NCBI GenBank assembly: GCA_963827165.1
Contig: CAWGZR010000009.1
Coordinates: forward strand, 128,001 to 192,000
Direction of reading: 5' to 3'
Length of the DNA stretch: 64,000 nt
Origin: Candidatus Bathyarchaeota archaeon
Lineage (GTDB): Archaea; Thermoproteota; Bathyarchaeia; Bathyarchaeales; Bathycorpusculaceae
Shown: positions 1 through 10,600 of the stretch, piece by piece
How positions within the stretch are numbered: position 1 is the first letter of the stretch
Layout of the letters: each line of letters begins with the position of its first letter
The notes under the pieces: model-generated
Databases searched by the model: none
What the model saw: the letters and a program-made list of their open reading frames with translations, nothing else
Told to the model about the DNA's origin: nothing
Program-made: the position numbers and the translations under genes

Positions 1-201
1 AGTTCTCACGTAACTCATTACGCGAGGCTGAAAATCATGAATAACTATCATAACTTCTATTACGGCTCTTTCACTGGGAGCCTCCAAATGCCTATCTACC
101 TGTGCTATTGCAGTTATAACGGCAGAACCGGCGATACGTCTACAAAAATCCAGTAGCTGACCATTTAAATCTACATTTGCGACGCCAATAACCTGTTTCA
201 A
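1..201 (-). CDS. hypothetical protein, N-terminal part (runs off window start)
   Basis: Manual translation from TTG at 201: MKQVIGVANVDLNGQLLDFCRRIAGSAVITAIAQVD...YVRT, open to position 1. Confidence 0.5.
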   Translation of the reverse strand, partial: MKQVIGVANVDLNGQLLDFCRRIAGSAVITAIAQVDRHLEAPSERAVIEVMIVIHDFQPRVMSYVRT

Positions 202-349
202 CCGAATCTGCCAATACAGAATTAACCCTACAGATATTTAAAACAAGTCCGCAACGTTACAAATCGGCAAAAAAGTTTTCAGTTGCACGGAAACAAAACG
301 ACCTCTTAGCCAAAGTGTAGGAAATGCCTCGACCAAGCGCATGCGGCAT

Positions 350-754
350 CTAAGCGGTTTGTTCATGTGTAGGCAGCTTTGCCATAATGGCGACGGCGGG
401 CGGATTGGATCCTTCTATGCTGGGTTGGGTTGTTAGTTTTCGGCAGATCAGGCTTAAGGATTCTTCGGTGAAATCAAGCATTTTTTGACCGTTTTGGGTG
501 AGGCTGTAGATTTTTCTAGGCCGATCAAAATCCATATTCCACTCGCCTTTCACAAATCCCTTCTTTTCAAGAGTGTTTAACAAAGGATAGACGGTACTCG
601 GACCGAAATAGACACCGAAGCTCTTGCGGACTTTTGTTATAATCTGGTAGCCATGCATCGGCTCGGTGCTGAGGAACTGAAGTATGATAAGGTCCAGTAA
701 ACCTTTCATTAGTTTGGTCGAAACCTCCTTTTGAATTGTTAATGTTTTTAACAT
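350..754 (-). CDS. PadR family transcriptional regulator
   Basis: KGLLDLIILQFL..PMHGYQI..GPSTVYPLLNTLEKKG..RKIYSLT; SD AGGTGAGG upstream. Confidence 0.93.
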   Translation of the reverse strand: MLKTLTIQKEVSTKLMKGLLDLIILQFLSTEPMHGYQIITKVRKSFGVYFGPSTVYPLLNTLEKKGFVKGEWNMDFDRPRKIYSLTQNGQKMLDFTEESLSLICRKLTTQPSIEGSNPPAVAIMAKLPTHEQTA

Positions 755-807
755 TTTTTCCTCACCTGTCTTTCTGTAGAACAGTATTGATGTTCTTCAC
801 AAATACA

Positions 808-829
808 ATATGTCCTATTTCAGACATAT
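808..829. promoter_or_regulatory. palindrome ATATGTC-N8-GACATAT between divergent PadR genes, putative operator
   Basis: Perfect 7-bp inverted repeat in the 755-990 intergenic region. Confidence 0.5.
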
Positions 830-990
830 CCTGATGTAGTTAATAGTAATAAACCATAATATAAATCTTCATACATACTACAAGCATACAAAAACATAGC
901 AATGCCATATAACCCGACGACAAAATACACATAAAAGCTATAAACCGAAACGTCAAACAGTTCACATTAGCCCGCATCAAGGTACAACCC

Positions 991-1332
991 ATGTCAGAAG
1001 CCTACAAAGAAGAAATTGTACAACACATAATCAGAAACCTCCTGGACGTTCAACTACTCCGAATCGTGCAAACCAAACCAACATGGGGATACCAAATCAA
1101 AAAGCAGGTAGAAGAACAATTCCACATAAAACTAAGACACGGCGCACTCTATCCTGCCTTAAAGACTCTGGAAGACAGAGGCTTCCTGGAAAGCAAAAAA
1201 CAACAAAAAAACGGACGATCCCGCAACGTCTACGCTATTACCAAAGAGGGAAAAGATTACCTTCAAACCTACCGCAACATATTGAAAGAATTACTTGATG
1301 AGAGCGCAGAATCACCTGTTTCAGAATTCTAA
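991..1332 (+). CDS. PadR family transcriptional regulator
   Basis: LLDVQLL..PTWGYQI..HGALYPALKTLEDRG..RNVYAIT. Confidence 0.92.
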   Translation: MSEAYKEEIVQHIIRNLLDVQLLRIVQTKPTWGYQIKKQVEEQFHIKLRHGALYPALKTLEDRGFLESKKQQKNGRSRNVYAITKEGKDYLQTYRNILKELLDESAESPVSEF

Positions 1333-1461
1333 AAAGCAGACTAATGAAAAAAGACTTGCTGAAGTGCCGAGTTGAATAATCGTCGTCTTTTTTAAAAAAT
1401 GTTTTTTTTTCTTTCTTATCTTAATCCAATCTGCTTGAAAGCTATGGGCCTTGCGCATGGG

Positions 1462-1776
1462 TTATTTATAAACTGGAACGCCCAGCGCTTGTTCAAGTTC
1501 GTTACATTTATTCTGTAGGAATATGACTTCTGATTTCAAGCCTTTTAGTGCCCTTTTCTTTTCTTCAATTTGCGTTATGGCAATGCTTCTGAGTTCGTTC
1601 TCTTCTTTCTGCAAGTGTTCTCGTTCTCGCAGTAACTCTTGTTCTTCTGTTTTTATTCCGTTTAGAGTTGCTATCAAATCGGGAACGCTAAGTTCGTTTG
1701 ATTGCTCAACTTTTGTTTCATCCGCAGGAATCACTATTTTGTTTAGTTCTGATTCGCGGGTTTGTAACAATTCCAC
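1462..1776 (-). CDS. coiled-coil hypothetical protein
   Basis: Heptad-rich ORF with GGAGG SD; paralog of 2045..2650. Confidence 0.8.
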   Translation of the reverse strand: MELLQTRESELNKIVIPADETKVEQSNELSVPDLIATLNGIKTEEQELLREREHLQKEENELRSIAITQIEEKKRALKGLKSEVIFLQNKCNELEQALGVPVYK

Positions 1777-2044
1777 TTTTTTTGGCCTCCGTAATGCTCC
1801 AGCGCAACATCACTGTATTCAGTATTAATATACAATATATAAGCGTTATTAAGTTTGAATATACGAACATAAATAACCACAATCGAGTTTCCTCGCCACA
1901 AACAGATTAACGCTTACTTTTGAAAAGTAGTCTCTTTTCAGAGCATAAGGAAACAATTTCTTTATTTCTAAACATAAATAATACTTAGCATGAATTTGAA
2001 ATTCATAAGGTTTTAGTTATCTTATTAGAAACTAATTTTGATCG

Positions 2045-2650
2045 GTGTTGAAGACAAAACATTCTAAATTGGTTGACAACGTTTTGGTTTGGGCTATCAG
2101 TGATGAGGAACTGGATTCAGACTTAGAATCAGATAAAGCTGCGTCGGATCCAAAGGGAAAAATGATACCCCAAAAACTTGAAGCATCACAAACAATCGAC
2201 CGATCGCGGCAAACAGACACCTTGCAAATTGCAGGGTCCTCAAATTCGATTAGCGATTCAGATCTCTTAAGATCTTTGCAAAATATGAAAACAGAAGAGC
2301 AAGATCTCATAGAACAAAAACAACGCTTAGTAGCAGCGCAGCAAAACCTTCAAAATAAACTCTTCAAAGAAATTGAAAAAAGGAAGGCAATGGTCGCCCA
2401 CTTGAGAACAGAAATTACTGATCTTGAGAACAGAACGAAGCAACTCGGAGAAGCACTCGGCATTGACATTTACAAGAAAACTCAGCTTGAGACAAATTCA
2501 CCAATGCATCTCGTCACAAAAGTGGAGCAAGCCCTTCCTGAGTGTGTCGGATTATTGAAGTGCCCAAAACCAGAAGTATGCAGAAGTTACGATTCTTGTT
2601 TAAAAAAATATATGAACGCTGAAATGAGAAATGAAGTCCTAAAGTTTTAG
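2045..2650 (+). CDS. coiled-coil hypothetical protein with C-terminal 4-Cys cluster
   Basis: Shares DL...KTEEQ.L...L..ALG...YK pattern with 1462..1776; CVGLLKCPKPEVCRSYDSC tail. Confidence 0.8.
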   Translation: MLKTKHSKLVDNVLVWAISDEELDSDLESDKAASDPKGKMIPQKLEASQTIDRSRQTDTLQIAGSSNSISDSDLLRSLQNMKTEEQDLIEQKQRLVAAQQNLQNKLFKEIEKRKAMVAHLRTEITDLENRTKQLGEALGIDIYKKTQLETNSPMHLVTKVEQALPECVGLLKCPKPEVCRSYDSCLKKYMNAEMRNEVLKF

Positions 2651-3042
2651 TCTTGGATTAATTTGGTATTTTCTCTCTTTTGGATTGTCGTTTCGATTGG
2701 AGTTTAACATTGCACTTTAAGGACCAGCTTATTATTATTCATTTTTTTTGTTTTGGGAATACATGATAGACCCTTTGAATTCTTGAATAATTGGAAGCAC
2801 CGAAGCACTCTAATCAAAGAGAGAAAAAAATTAGTTGATGTTTCTTATTAAAAATAAACATTCTTCGCAGAAGACGCATGTTTAGAAGTTCTTTTGCCTT
2901 GCCAATAATAATCGGGTACCATTTCAATGTCGGTATCAATATTCGTGCGGTTTCCATAAAACGCTTGAAAATTGGTCCATTTAGGTCTAGTTGCTTGACG
3001 AAACAGCGACGTTTTATCGCCTAATAGCCTGTTTTAGGCTGT

Positions 3043-3480
3043 TTAGGTGATGCTTACGTTTTGAATGTCGAAGTATCTTTTTGCTAAAAAGCGCAGACGC
3101 TCGGCGTTTTTGCCGTTTTTACCAATCGCGACGCCCTTGTCCTTTGGGTTTACCGTGATGACTGCCATCTTTTTTCCGTCGGTTCGTTCTGTGACGCGTA
3201 CTTCTCTTACTGCTGCGGGTTTCAAAGCGTTTTTCATGAATTGAACTGGATCTTCGCTGTACTCGATGATCTCATGTTTCTTGCCTGTCATCCGCTCCAA
3301 TGTGTGGATGTTTCTGCCGCCTTTTCCTATTGCAACGCCTACTTGTCCTTGATTGACGATGAAGATTGCTCGCTCTTGTTCTTCGTCGATTATGCAGTCT
3401 TTCACGCTTGCGCCGCTTATGCTTTCAAACAGAGCTATGTAACGCATTTCGTCGCACGTGATTTTTATGCCAGTTGTCAG
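3043..3480 (-). CDS. nusA: archaeal NusA (KH-domain transcription termination factor); probable CTG start at 3480
   Basis: IKITCDEMRYIALFESISGA; two KH GxxG loops (AIGKGG, AIGKNG); located after eL30. Confidence 0.95.
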   Translation of the reverse strand: MTTGIKITCDEMRYIALFESISGASVKDCIIDEEQERAIFIVNQGQVGVAIGKGGRNIHTLERMTGKKHEIIEYSEDPVQFMKNALKPAAVREVRVTERTDGKKMAVITVNPKDKGVAIGKNGKNAERLRFLAKRYFDIQNVSIT

Positions 3481-3497
3481 TTTTTTTCCTCCATTTT

Positions 3498-3812
3498 TTA
3501 TTCTTCAGGTTGTTCCTCGGTTAGTTTGAGAATGTCAGAGTCCCCAGTTTCTCGGATGCTCAAAGCTGAAATAATGAAGAGTTTTTTGCAGACTTCGGCG
3601 AGATCCATTGAGCCACCTTTGTAAGTTATTACCGGGACTTTAGAGATTTCCCCAAAGTATTCTATCTGTTCTTTTATGGTTTTTGGACAGTTAGAAGCTA
3701 AAACAATCATCTTAGCCTTCCCTGTCTTGGCGTTTTGCAATGCTGTGTTAGCTCCGAAAGATACCTTGCCGGTTTTAACCGCTGACGCTAACGCCTTATC
3801 TATATCTATCAT
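3498..3812 (-). CDS. rpl30e: 50S ribosomal protein L30e
   Basis: AVKTGKVSFG..KAKMIVLASNCP..GDSDIL; operon context. Confidence 0.96.
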   Translation of the reverse strand: MIDIDKALASAVKTGKVSFGANTALQNAKTGKAKMIVLASNCPKTIKEQIEYFGEISKVPVITYKGGSMDLAEVCKKLFIISALSIRETGDSDILKLTEEQPEE

Positions 3813-6800
3813 GCTTCTGTCTTTCCTCCATCTTTATCTTGCCTTTCAAATGTTGACATGTACAATTCAACTAAGCCAGTCCCGATTGGTATCGACTGCC
3901 CAACTATAACGTTTTCGGTTACTCCTGCCAAGGGATCGCTTTCTCCTTTGACGGCTGCTTCAATAATGTTAGGAACGGTGATTTCGAATGCGGCGCGCGC
4001 TAAAACACTTGCTTTCTTTCCGCTGATGCCGTGCCTGCCGATCTGTTGCACATCGCCTGTAGTAGTCATCATGTCTGCAACGAGCATTACGTGCCTAACA
4101 TCTACGTCTAAGCCTTGATCTTCCAAGACGCCTTTCGCTTCATGGACAAGTGCGTTTCGTGAGGCTTCGACTCCTAAGGTTTTGGCGATTTCATGGATGT
4201 TGTTGGTGGTGGTCCGTGAGGTGTCTACGCCTTCAATCTCTAAGACTTTTGATAAGTTTGAGCCGTCAGTGCGTATTACCCACTCGCCGCTTTCTTCAGT
4301 GACAAGTACACGTTTAATGTCTGGTACTCCTTTGACTTGGAACCCAGGGATCTTGCCCAGCATACGTTTCAGTTGCTCAGCCTTTTTCGGCTTTATCTCC
4401 ACTGTAGAGTTGGTTACTGTGACTGTGGCGTTCTGCAATTGCAACCGTTCGTTGAGCAGCTCCATTGTTATGCCTCTGTCGTCCATCATTGATTTGCTTA
4501 ACTCAATTATGATTTCTTCACGTACAGGGTCTTCGTAAATTGCTGAAGCCAAGTTTTCGACCGATGTGTAAATTATGTTTCTCGCTACTTCAACGGCGCC
4601 TTCTTTGCTTTTCGCGTGATCACCCATCAGGTAAATCGTCATAATTGGAGTTGAGGGAATTCTGCGGGCATCGACGATTTCAATAAGTCGCGGTAAGCCT
4701 AAGGTGACGTTTTGTTCTTTGACACCTGCGTAGTGGAAGGTTCTAAGGGTCATCTGTGTGCCTGGTTCGCCGATTGACTGTGCGGCGACAATTCCCACTG
4801 CTTCACCGGGTTCCATAAGGGCTCGTTTGTATTGGTCAGCTGTTGTGAACGCGGCTTTTTCAACACTTTTGTTGGTGAGTTTGCCTTTTGCGAAGTTTTG
4901 TTTTAGCTGGTTTAGCAGAATCGGTGTAATTTGGTTTTCGACTTTTTTAAGTTGTTTTTTGATTTCTTCGGCGGATGCGGGTTCTCCCTTTTCTTGTCCG
5001 ATTTTTATCTGGTCGATGAGTCGAGTGACGTTTACTGCTTTTCCATGGTCGCTTTTGGCTGGGTCAACTCCGTCTTCTCCGTACCGGAACTGAATGATGT
5101 CGCCGGCTGAGTCGCGGACTGTACTGTCGTATTCGAGGCGTATGTGTTCAAGTGCGTTAATTAGCCTGCGCTGCATGTAACCGCTTTGTTGTGTGCGGAC
5201 GGCTGTGTCGACTAGTCCTTCTCTGCCACCCATAGCGTGGAAGAAGAATTCAATCGCGTCCAAACCGGTCTGGTATGAATTGTAGACAAAGCCTCTGGCT
5301 CTTGGAAGAGGATCGTTTTCTTTGAAGTGCGGCAATGCCCTTCCAGAATAGCCTCGCAAGATGCGTTTGCCTCGGACTGACTGTTGTCCTACGCAAGCAG
5401 CCATTTGGCCAATGTTAAGGCTTGAGCCTCTTGCGCCAGTTCGAGTCATGACGATGCCAGCGTTTTCCAATGTGAAGTCTTCGTCTGCTATCTTACCTGA
5501 TTCGTCTCGCGCTACGGCAAGCTCATGCATGACGTAGATTTCAAATGATTCCTCTAAGGTTTGACCTGGCAATCGCGGCAAAGTGCCGTTTTTGAAGTTT
5601 TCGATGTGTTCGTCGATTTTCTTTTGGATCCGCTCCATGGTTTTAGCCATACGATTGCGGGCTCTGGGTGAAAGAACTAGTTGCTCGTAAGTGTAGCTGA
5701 AGCCGCGCATTGAAATGTATAGTTTTAGAAGGTGAGTTATGTTGTTGAGGAATTGCCTTCCTGCTTGGGTGCCGTAGTCTTTGATTATTCTGTGAAGCAA
5801 ACTTTCAGATTGTTCTGAACCGATTGATTTCCTATCGATTATTCCTGAGACCAGTTGTCCGTTTCTAACTACAACGTAAGCGTCATGTTTGCATTCTTCC
5901 TCTTCGCATTTAGTGCAGCCTTGGCAAATGTTTGCTTTTAAAACGTAATTCAACGTTTTAGGTAGATAGAGGCTGAAGATTTGTTTGCCAGACCACATGG
6001 GTTCAGGTTCTTTGATTTCGGGTTCAGGAAGCGCGTCTGTGTACCCAGTTGCGGTGAGTAGACGGTCAACTTGGTCACGGTTGATGTAGTTGCCTTTTCT
6101 TGTGAAGTAATATGCGCTCGTGATGAAATCTCGAATAGCGCCAATGATGGGTCCACCAAATCTTGGCGAAAGGATTTGGTCTTGAACTTGCATCAGAAGC
6201 AACGCTTCAGTTCGGGCTTCTTCGCTTTGCGGTACGTGAAGGTTCATTTCGTCCCCGTCGAAGTCAGCGTTATACGGAGGACAGACACATAAGTGGAGTC
6301 GGAAAGTCTTGTAGGGCAGAACTCGAACGTAGTGAGCCATGATGGACATGCGGTGAAGTGAAGGTTGCCGATTGAAGATTGCTATGTCCCCGTTCTTAAG
6401 GTGCCGTTCAACAACGAAGCCAAGTTCCACGGCTTCTGCGATTTTTGTGCGGTCAACCACGAATTCTAGTCGTATGCGTTTGCCATCTGGCCTAATGATG
6501 TATAGAGCGCCAGGATAGGTTTCTGGTCCGTTAATGACGAGTTTTTTCATTTCCTCGATGTTCCAAGCTGTGACTTTTTCTGGAACAGAAAGACGCATAG
6601 CAACATCGACAGGCACACCGACCTCGTTAATGTCAAGGTTCGGGTCAGGAGAAATTACTGTGCGTGCAGAGAAGTCAACACGTTTTCCTGAGAGATTGCT
6701 TCTGAAACGCCCCTCTTTGCCTTTCAGCCGCTGCGATAGAGTTTTTAGTGCTCTGCCGCTTCGGTGTCTAGCAGGTGGGATACCTGAGGCTTCATTGTTA

Positions 6801-7645
6801 AAGTAGGTTGTAACGTGATACTGCAAAAGCTCGGAGAGGTCCTGAATGATAAGTGTAGGTGCTCCTGCCTCCATGTTTTCCTTTAAACGCTGGTTAATAC
6901 GGATGATGTCTACAAGTTTGTGGGTTAAATCGTCTTCAGATCGGATGCCTGATTCAAGCGTGATTGATGGGCGAACGTAGACTGGCGGTACAGGTAAAAC
7001 CTGTAAAACCATCCATTCTGGACGTGCAACTTTCGGGTTGAAGCCTAAGACTTCTAGGTCTTCGTCTGAAATGCGTTCAAGCCTTTCTCTAATCATGCTT
7101 GGAGTTAAAGGTTCAGAGCCGGCTTCAGTTTGCTCGATAAATTTTGTTGGCTTCTCAAAAGTGATTTTGAATTGAGCTGCAGCGCAGTAAGGACATTGCT
7201 TGGCTTTTATTTCAGTCATGATTTCCTTGTAAGTTTCATCAGGGATTGTTCCCAAAAGGTCGTTGAGCCGCTCGATACGTTGACGGGCTTTTTTGGCGGC
7301 ATCTTCAGTTAAGAGTATGCGACCGCAGCTACGGCATGTGGATTTCAAAAGATCAAAAATGATTTTGGTGAATTCAATGTGCACTATTGGAACTGCAAGT
7401 TCTATGTGTCCGAAGTGTCCGGGGCAGCGGATTGCGGTGTTGCCGCAGGTTTTGCAACGTTGCCTTGGTTCAAGGGTGCCTAGTCTGCCGTCCATGAGTC
7501 CAGCGGTGATTGGTGCACCGTCTTCGTCGTAGGTGTCTGGAGTTTGGATTTCAACGACTGACTGTTTCCTCAAGTCTTTGGGTGAAATTAAGCCGAATGA
7601 TATTTCGTCAACTATCTTATGGATGAGTTCTTCCTGTTGTGACAT
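3809..7645 (-). CDS. rpo1: DNA-directed RNA polymerase largest subunit, fused A'/A''
   Basis: Catalytic YNADFDGDEMN, N-terminal CxxC..CPGH zinc site, and A''-type AAQSIGEPGTQMTLRTFH in one 1278-aa ORF. Confidence 0.98.
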   Translation of the reverse strand: MSQQEELIHKIVDEISFGLISPKDLRKQSVVEIQTPDTYDEDGAPITAGLMDGRLGTLEPRQRCKTCGNTAIRCPGHFGHIELAVPIVHIEFTKIIFDLLKSTCRSCGRILLTEDAAKKARQRIERLNDLLGTIPDETYKEIMTEIKAKQCPYCAAAQFKITFEKPTKFIEQTEAGSEPLTPSMIRERLERISDEDLEVLGFNPKVARPEWMVLQVLPVPPVYVRPSITLESGIRSEDDLTHKLVDIIRINQRLKENMEAGAPTLIIQDLSELLQYHVTTYFNNEASGIPPARHRSGRALKTLSQRLKGKEGRFRSNLSGKRVDFSARTVISPDPNLDINEVGVPVDVAMRLSVPEKVTAWNIEEMKKLVINGPETYPGALYIIRPDGKRIRLEFVVDRTKIAEAVELGFVVERHLKNGDIAIFNRQPSLHRMSIMAHYVRVLPYKTFRLHLCVCPPYNADFDGDEMNLHVPQSEEARTEALLLMQVQDQILSPRFGGPIIGAIRDFITSAYYFTRKGNYINRDQVDRLLTATGYTDALPEPEIKEPEPMWSGKQIFSLYLPKTLNYVLKANICQGCTKCEEEECKHDAYVVVRNGQLVSGIIDRKSIGSEQSESLLHRIIKDYGTQAGRQFLNNITHLLKLYISMRGFSYTYEQLVLSPRARNRMAKTMERIQKKIDEHIENFKNGTLPRLPGQTLEESFEIYVMHELAVARDESGKIADEDFTLENAGIVMTRTGARGSSLNIGQMAACVGQQSVRGKRILRGYSGRALPHFKENDPLPRARGFVYNSYQTGLDAIEFFFHAMGGREGLVDTAVRTQQSGYMQRRLINALEHIRLEYDSTVRDSAGDIIQFRYGEDGVDPAKSDHGKAVNVTRLIDQIKIGQEKGEPASAEEIKKQLKKVENQITPILLNQLKQNFAKGKLTNKSVEKAAFTTADQYKRALMEPGEAVGIVAAQSIGEPGTQMTLRTFHYAGVKEQNVTLGLPRLIEIVDARRIPSTPIMTIYLMGDHAKSKEGAVEVARNIIYTSVENLASAIYEDPVREEIIIELSKSMMDDRGITMELLNERLQLQNATVTVTNSTVEIKPKKAEQLKRMLGKIPGFQVKGVPDIKRVLVTEESGEWVIRTDGSNLSKVLEIEGVDTSRTTTNNIHEIAKTLGVEASRNALVHEAKGVLEDQGLDVDVRHVMLVADMMTTTGDVQQIGRHGISGKKASVLARAAFEITVPNIIEAAVKGESDPLAGVTENVIVGQSIPIGTGLVELYMSTFERQDKDGGKTEA

Positions 7646-7646
7646 T

Positions 7647-10600
7647 TTATGCTTTCTCCTTAAGCCTAAGTTTAGGCGTTATACACAAGCTTTGAAGCTC
7701 CTGCAAGAGTAGCTTGAAAGCGTACGAGACGATGACTGGTGAAATCTTTGCTTTTTCGTCGCATATCCTGCATACGTAGCGTCTTTGTTTCATGTCGAAG
7801 TAAGCGATTTGCCCGCAGTTTTCACAGATGTATAGCGTATACTTGTCCGATTCCTCAAGAAGCCTGTCTCTGAGCAACATAGCAGCGCCGTGTCCGATTA
7901 AGCAGTCTCGCTCCATTTCGCCGAATCTTAAGCCTCCGCCTCTAGCTCGGCCTTCAGTTGGTTGCCTCGTCAGCATTTGGACTTGACCGCGTGCTCTGGC
8001 ATGGATTTTATCAGCTACCATGTGGTGCAGTTTTTGATAGTATACTACGCCTACGAAGACGTCTGCGACGAATTTTTCGCCTGTTGTGCCGCTGTAGAAG
8101 ACTTCGCCGCCTGTGTGGCTGAAACCCAATTTTATGAGGCTTTTACGTACCTCGTCGGGTCCTTCGTTGCTGAATGGGGTTCCGTCTGCTGGTCTGCCTC
8201 TTGCGGATGCTGCTTTTCCTGCGAGGGATTCGATAAATTGGCCGATGGTCATTCTTGAGGGGATTGCGTGTGGGTTGATGATGAGGTCGGGGACTAAGCC
8301 ACCGTCTGTGAATGGTAAATCTTCCTGTGGAACGATTAATCCGATGACTCCTTTTTGTCCGTGTCGTGAGGCGAATTTGTCTCCTAATTCGGGTACGCGT
8401 TGATCGCGAACTCTTACCTTCACGAGTTGGCTGCCTTCGCCGGACATTGTTATGAATATGCCGTCTACGATTCCTGTTTCTGAGGGACGCATGTCAACGG
8501 ATGTGTCACGCATAGATGGACCTTTAACTTCGAATTCTTTGTATTCTTCGAGGAATCTTGGTGGGCTGATTCGTCCAATCAATACGTCTCCGCCGACGAC
8601 TTGCGATTCAAGGCTGATTATGCCGTCGGGCTCCAGAAGCCTGTAGTATTGTTCGCCTCGGTAGCCTCGGGTTCCAGGTTCTGGAACTGTAAATTTGTCT
8701 TTTAAGCCTCCGAGGTATTGGCGGCATTCAGCTTCGTAAATGCGGTAGAATGTGGATCTTGCTAAGCCGCGTTCGATTGATGCCTTGTTGAATATCAATG
8801 CGTCTTCCATGTTGTAGCCTTCGAAGCTTAGCACGGCGACGATGCAGTTTTGTCCTGTTGGGCGCTGCTTGTAACCCATGACTTCCATTAGTTCAGTTTC
8901 AACCATTGGAACCTGTGGGTAATGCAGTATGTGCGAACGTGAGTCGACTCGGTGGTGGAAGTTAGTGCCGTAGACTCCGAGAGCTTGTTTTGCCATGGCC
9001 GCTTGGTACGAGTTGCGTGGTGACTGGTTGTGTTCTGGATACGGGATTGTGGAGGCGCATATTCCTAAGATAGTGTAGGTGGCTATTTCCACATGGGTGT
9101 TATCAGGTTGAATCTGGTCAAAGGTCAAGGAAATGTAAGCGTTTTCTTCTTCTTCAGCATCCAAATACTCAACCAAACCGTTCTTGACAAGGTCTTCCCA
9201 AGTCCACTCGCCTAATCCTATTTTCTCTATGTGTTTAGGTTGAAGTTTCGGAACTCCGTTTTCAACGATTATAAGTGGACGTCGAACTCTGCCTTCGTCG
9301 CAGTTAGCATGCAATTCTTCGTTTTCAGTCTGCATCTTCGTGAAGTAGGTTACGTTGGCTTCGGTTGAGATTTCGCCTGTTCGCCTTTTTTCGCGGAAGG
9401 ACTTTACTATCTCTCCGGCGTTGTTGCAGTAACCAATTATGTTTCCGTCAACGAAGACTTTGGCGCCTGAAATGCGTAGTTCGTTTGACGCTTCGCCCGC
9501 GGGCACGGTGCCCATTTCGAAAAGTAACTGTCTAACTCGGTCTGGGTTCACGCCGACGGCGATTGATGCTGAGAGAGCCAAGTTTTTGACGAGACCGCAG
9601 TTGGAGCCTTCTGGCGTTTCGTTGGGACATAAGCGTCCCCAGTGGGTTGGATGGAGGTCTCTGGCTTCGAAGTTTGGTTGACTTCTGCTAAGGGGTGATT
9701 GGAGCCTTCGAAGGTGGCTAAGAGTTGAAATGTAGTTTGTTCGGTCAAGCAGCTGTGTGATGCCGACTCTGCCTCTTCCCCAGTTGCCTGTTGCGAGGGC
9801 ATGTTGGAATCGCTCGGTGATTATTCCGGGACGAACGGCAGCTGAAACGGTTATGATTGGGCCTTTGACGCCTATGCGTTCAAGCTGGTACTTTATGTCT
9901 CTTGTTAAGTTTCTAAATGATACTCGGAAGAGATCTGCGAGAAGTGGTCCGCCCAATCGCAGACGTTTATTCTTAAAGTGGTCTTTATCGTCTGGTTGTC
10001 TCTTGCCCGTCTTTAACTGCAAAACGCGGTAAGCCATTTCTCCAAGGAAGATTGCTTTTTCTTGTCGGTTCTTATCGCTTCTTCCAAGGTGCGGCAGAAA
10101 GTTTTTGTCAAGAGCGGTTTCAGCTTTTTGCAGCCTGTATTCTTCTACTTGCCCGTGGGCTACGCGGTTGCCGATGAATAGAATCGCGTCTGCTGGTGTG
10201 TCAACGCCGATGGCTTTTTCAAATGATGCTGCTAATTGGCTTTGCATTTCGCTGTCAAGTGAAACTGCCTCTGCGATTTCCTTGTCTTTTTCGAGGCTTA
10301 GAGCGCGCATGATGACTACGAAGGGGATTTCGGTGGGTACTCCTGGCATGGTGACGTAGATTGCGTCGTCTGACTTGAGTTTAAGTTCGATTCTTGCTCT
10401 GAAGCCTACGGTGGTTGAGAAGATTTTTGCTTGATAAACAGGCGCTGTTCCTTTTTCGTCTATGTCAACTATTACGCGGTTGGGCGCAAGGTCTTCCATC
10501 GCGACGATGACGCGTTCGGAGCCGTTGACGACAAAGTATCCTCCTTGATCGTCTGGGTCTTCTCCTGCAGCGATGAGTTCTTCTCGTGAAAGCTGAGAGA

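Noticed and set aside
3858-10359. Numerous plus-strand ORFs inside rpo1/rpo2 (and similar shadow ORFs elsewhere)
   Set aside because: Antisense shadows of highly conserved genes with no motifs
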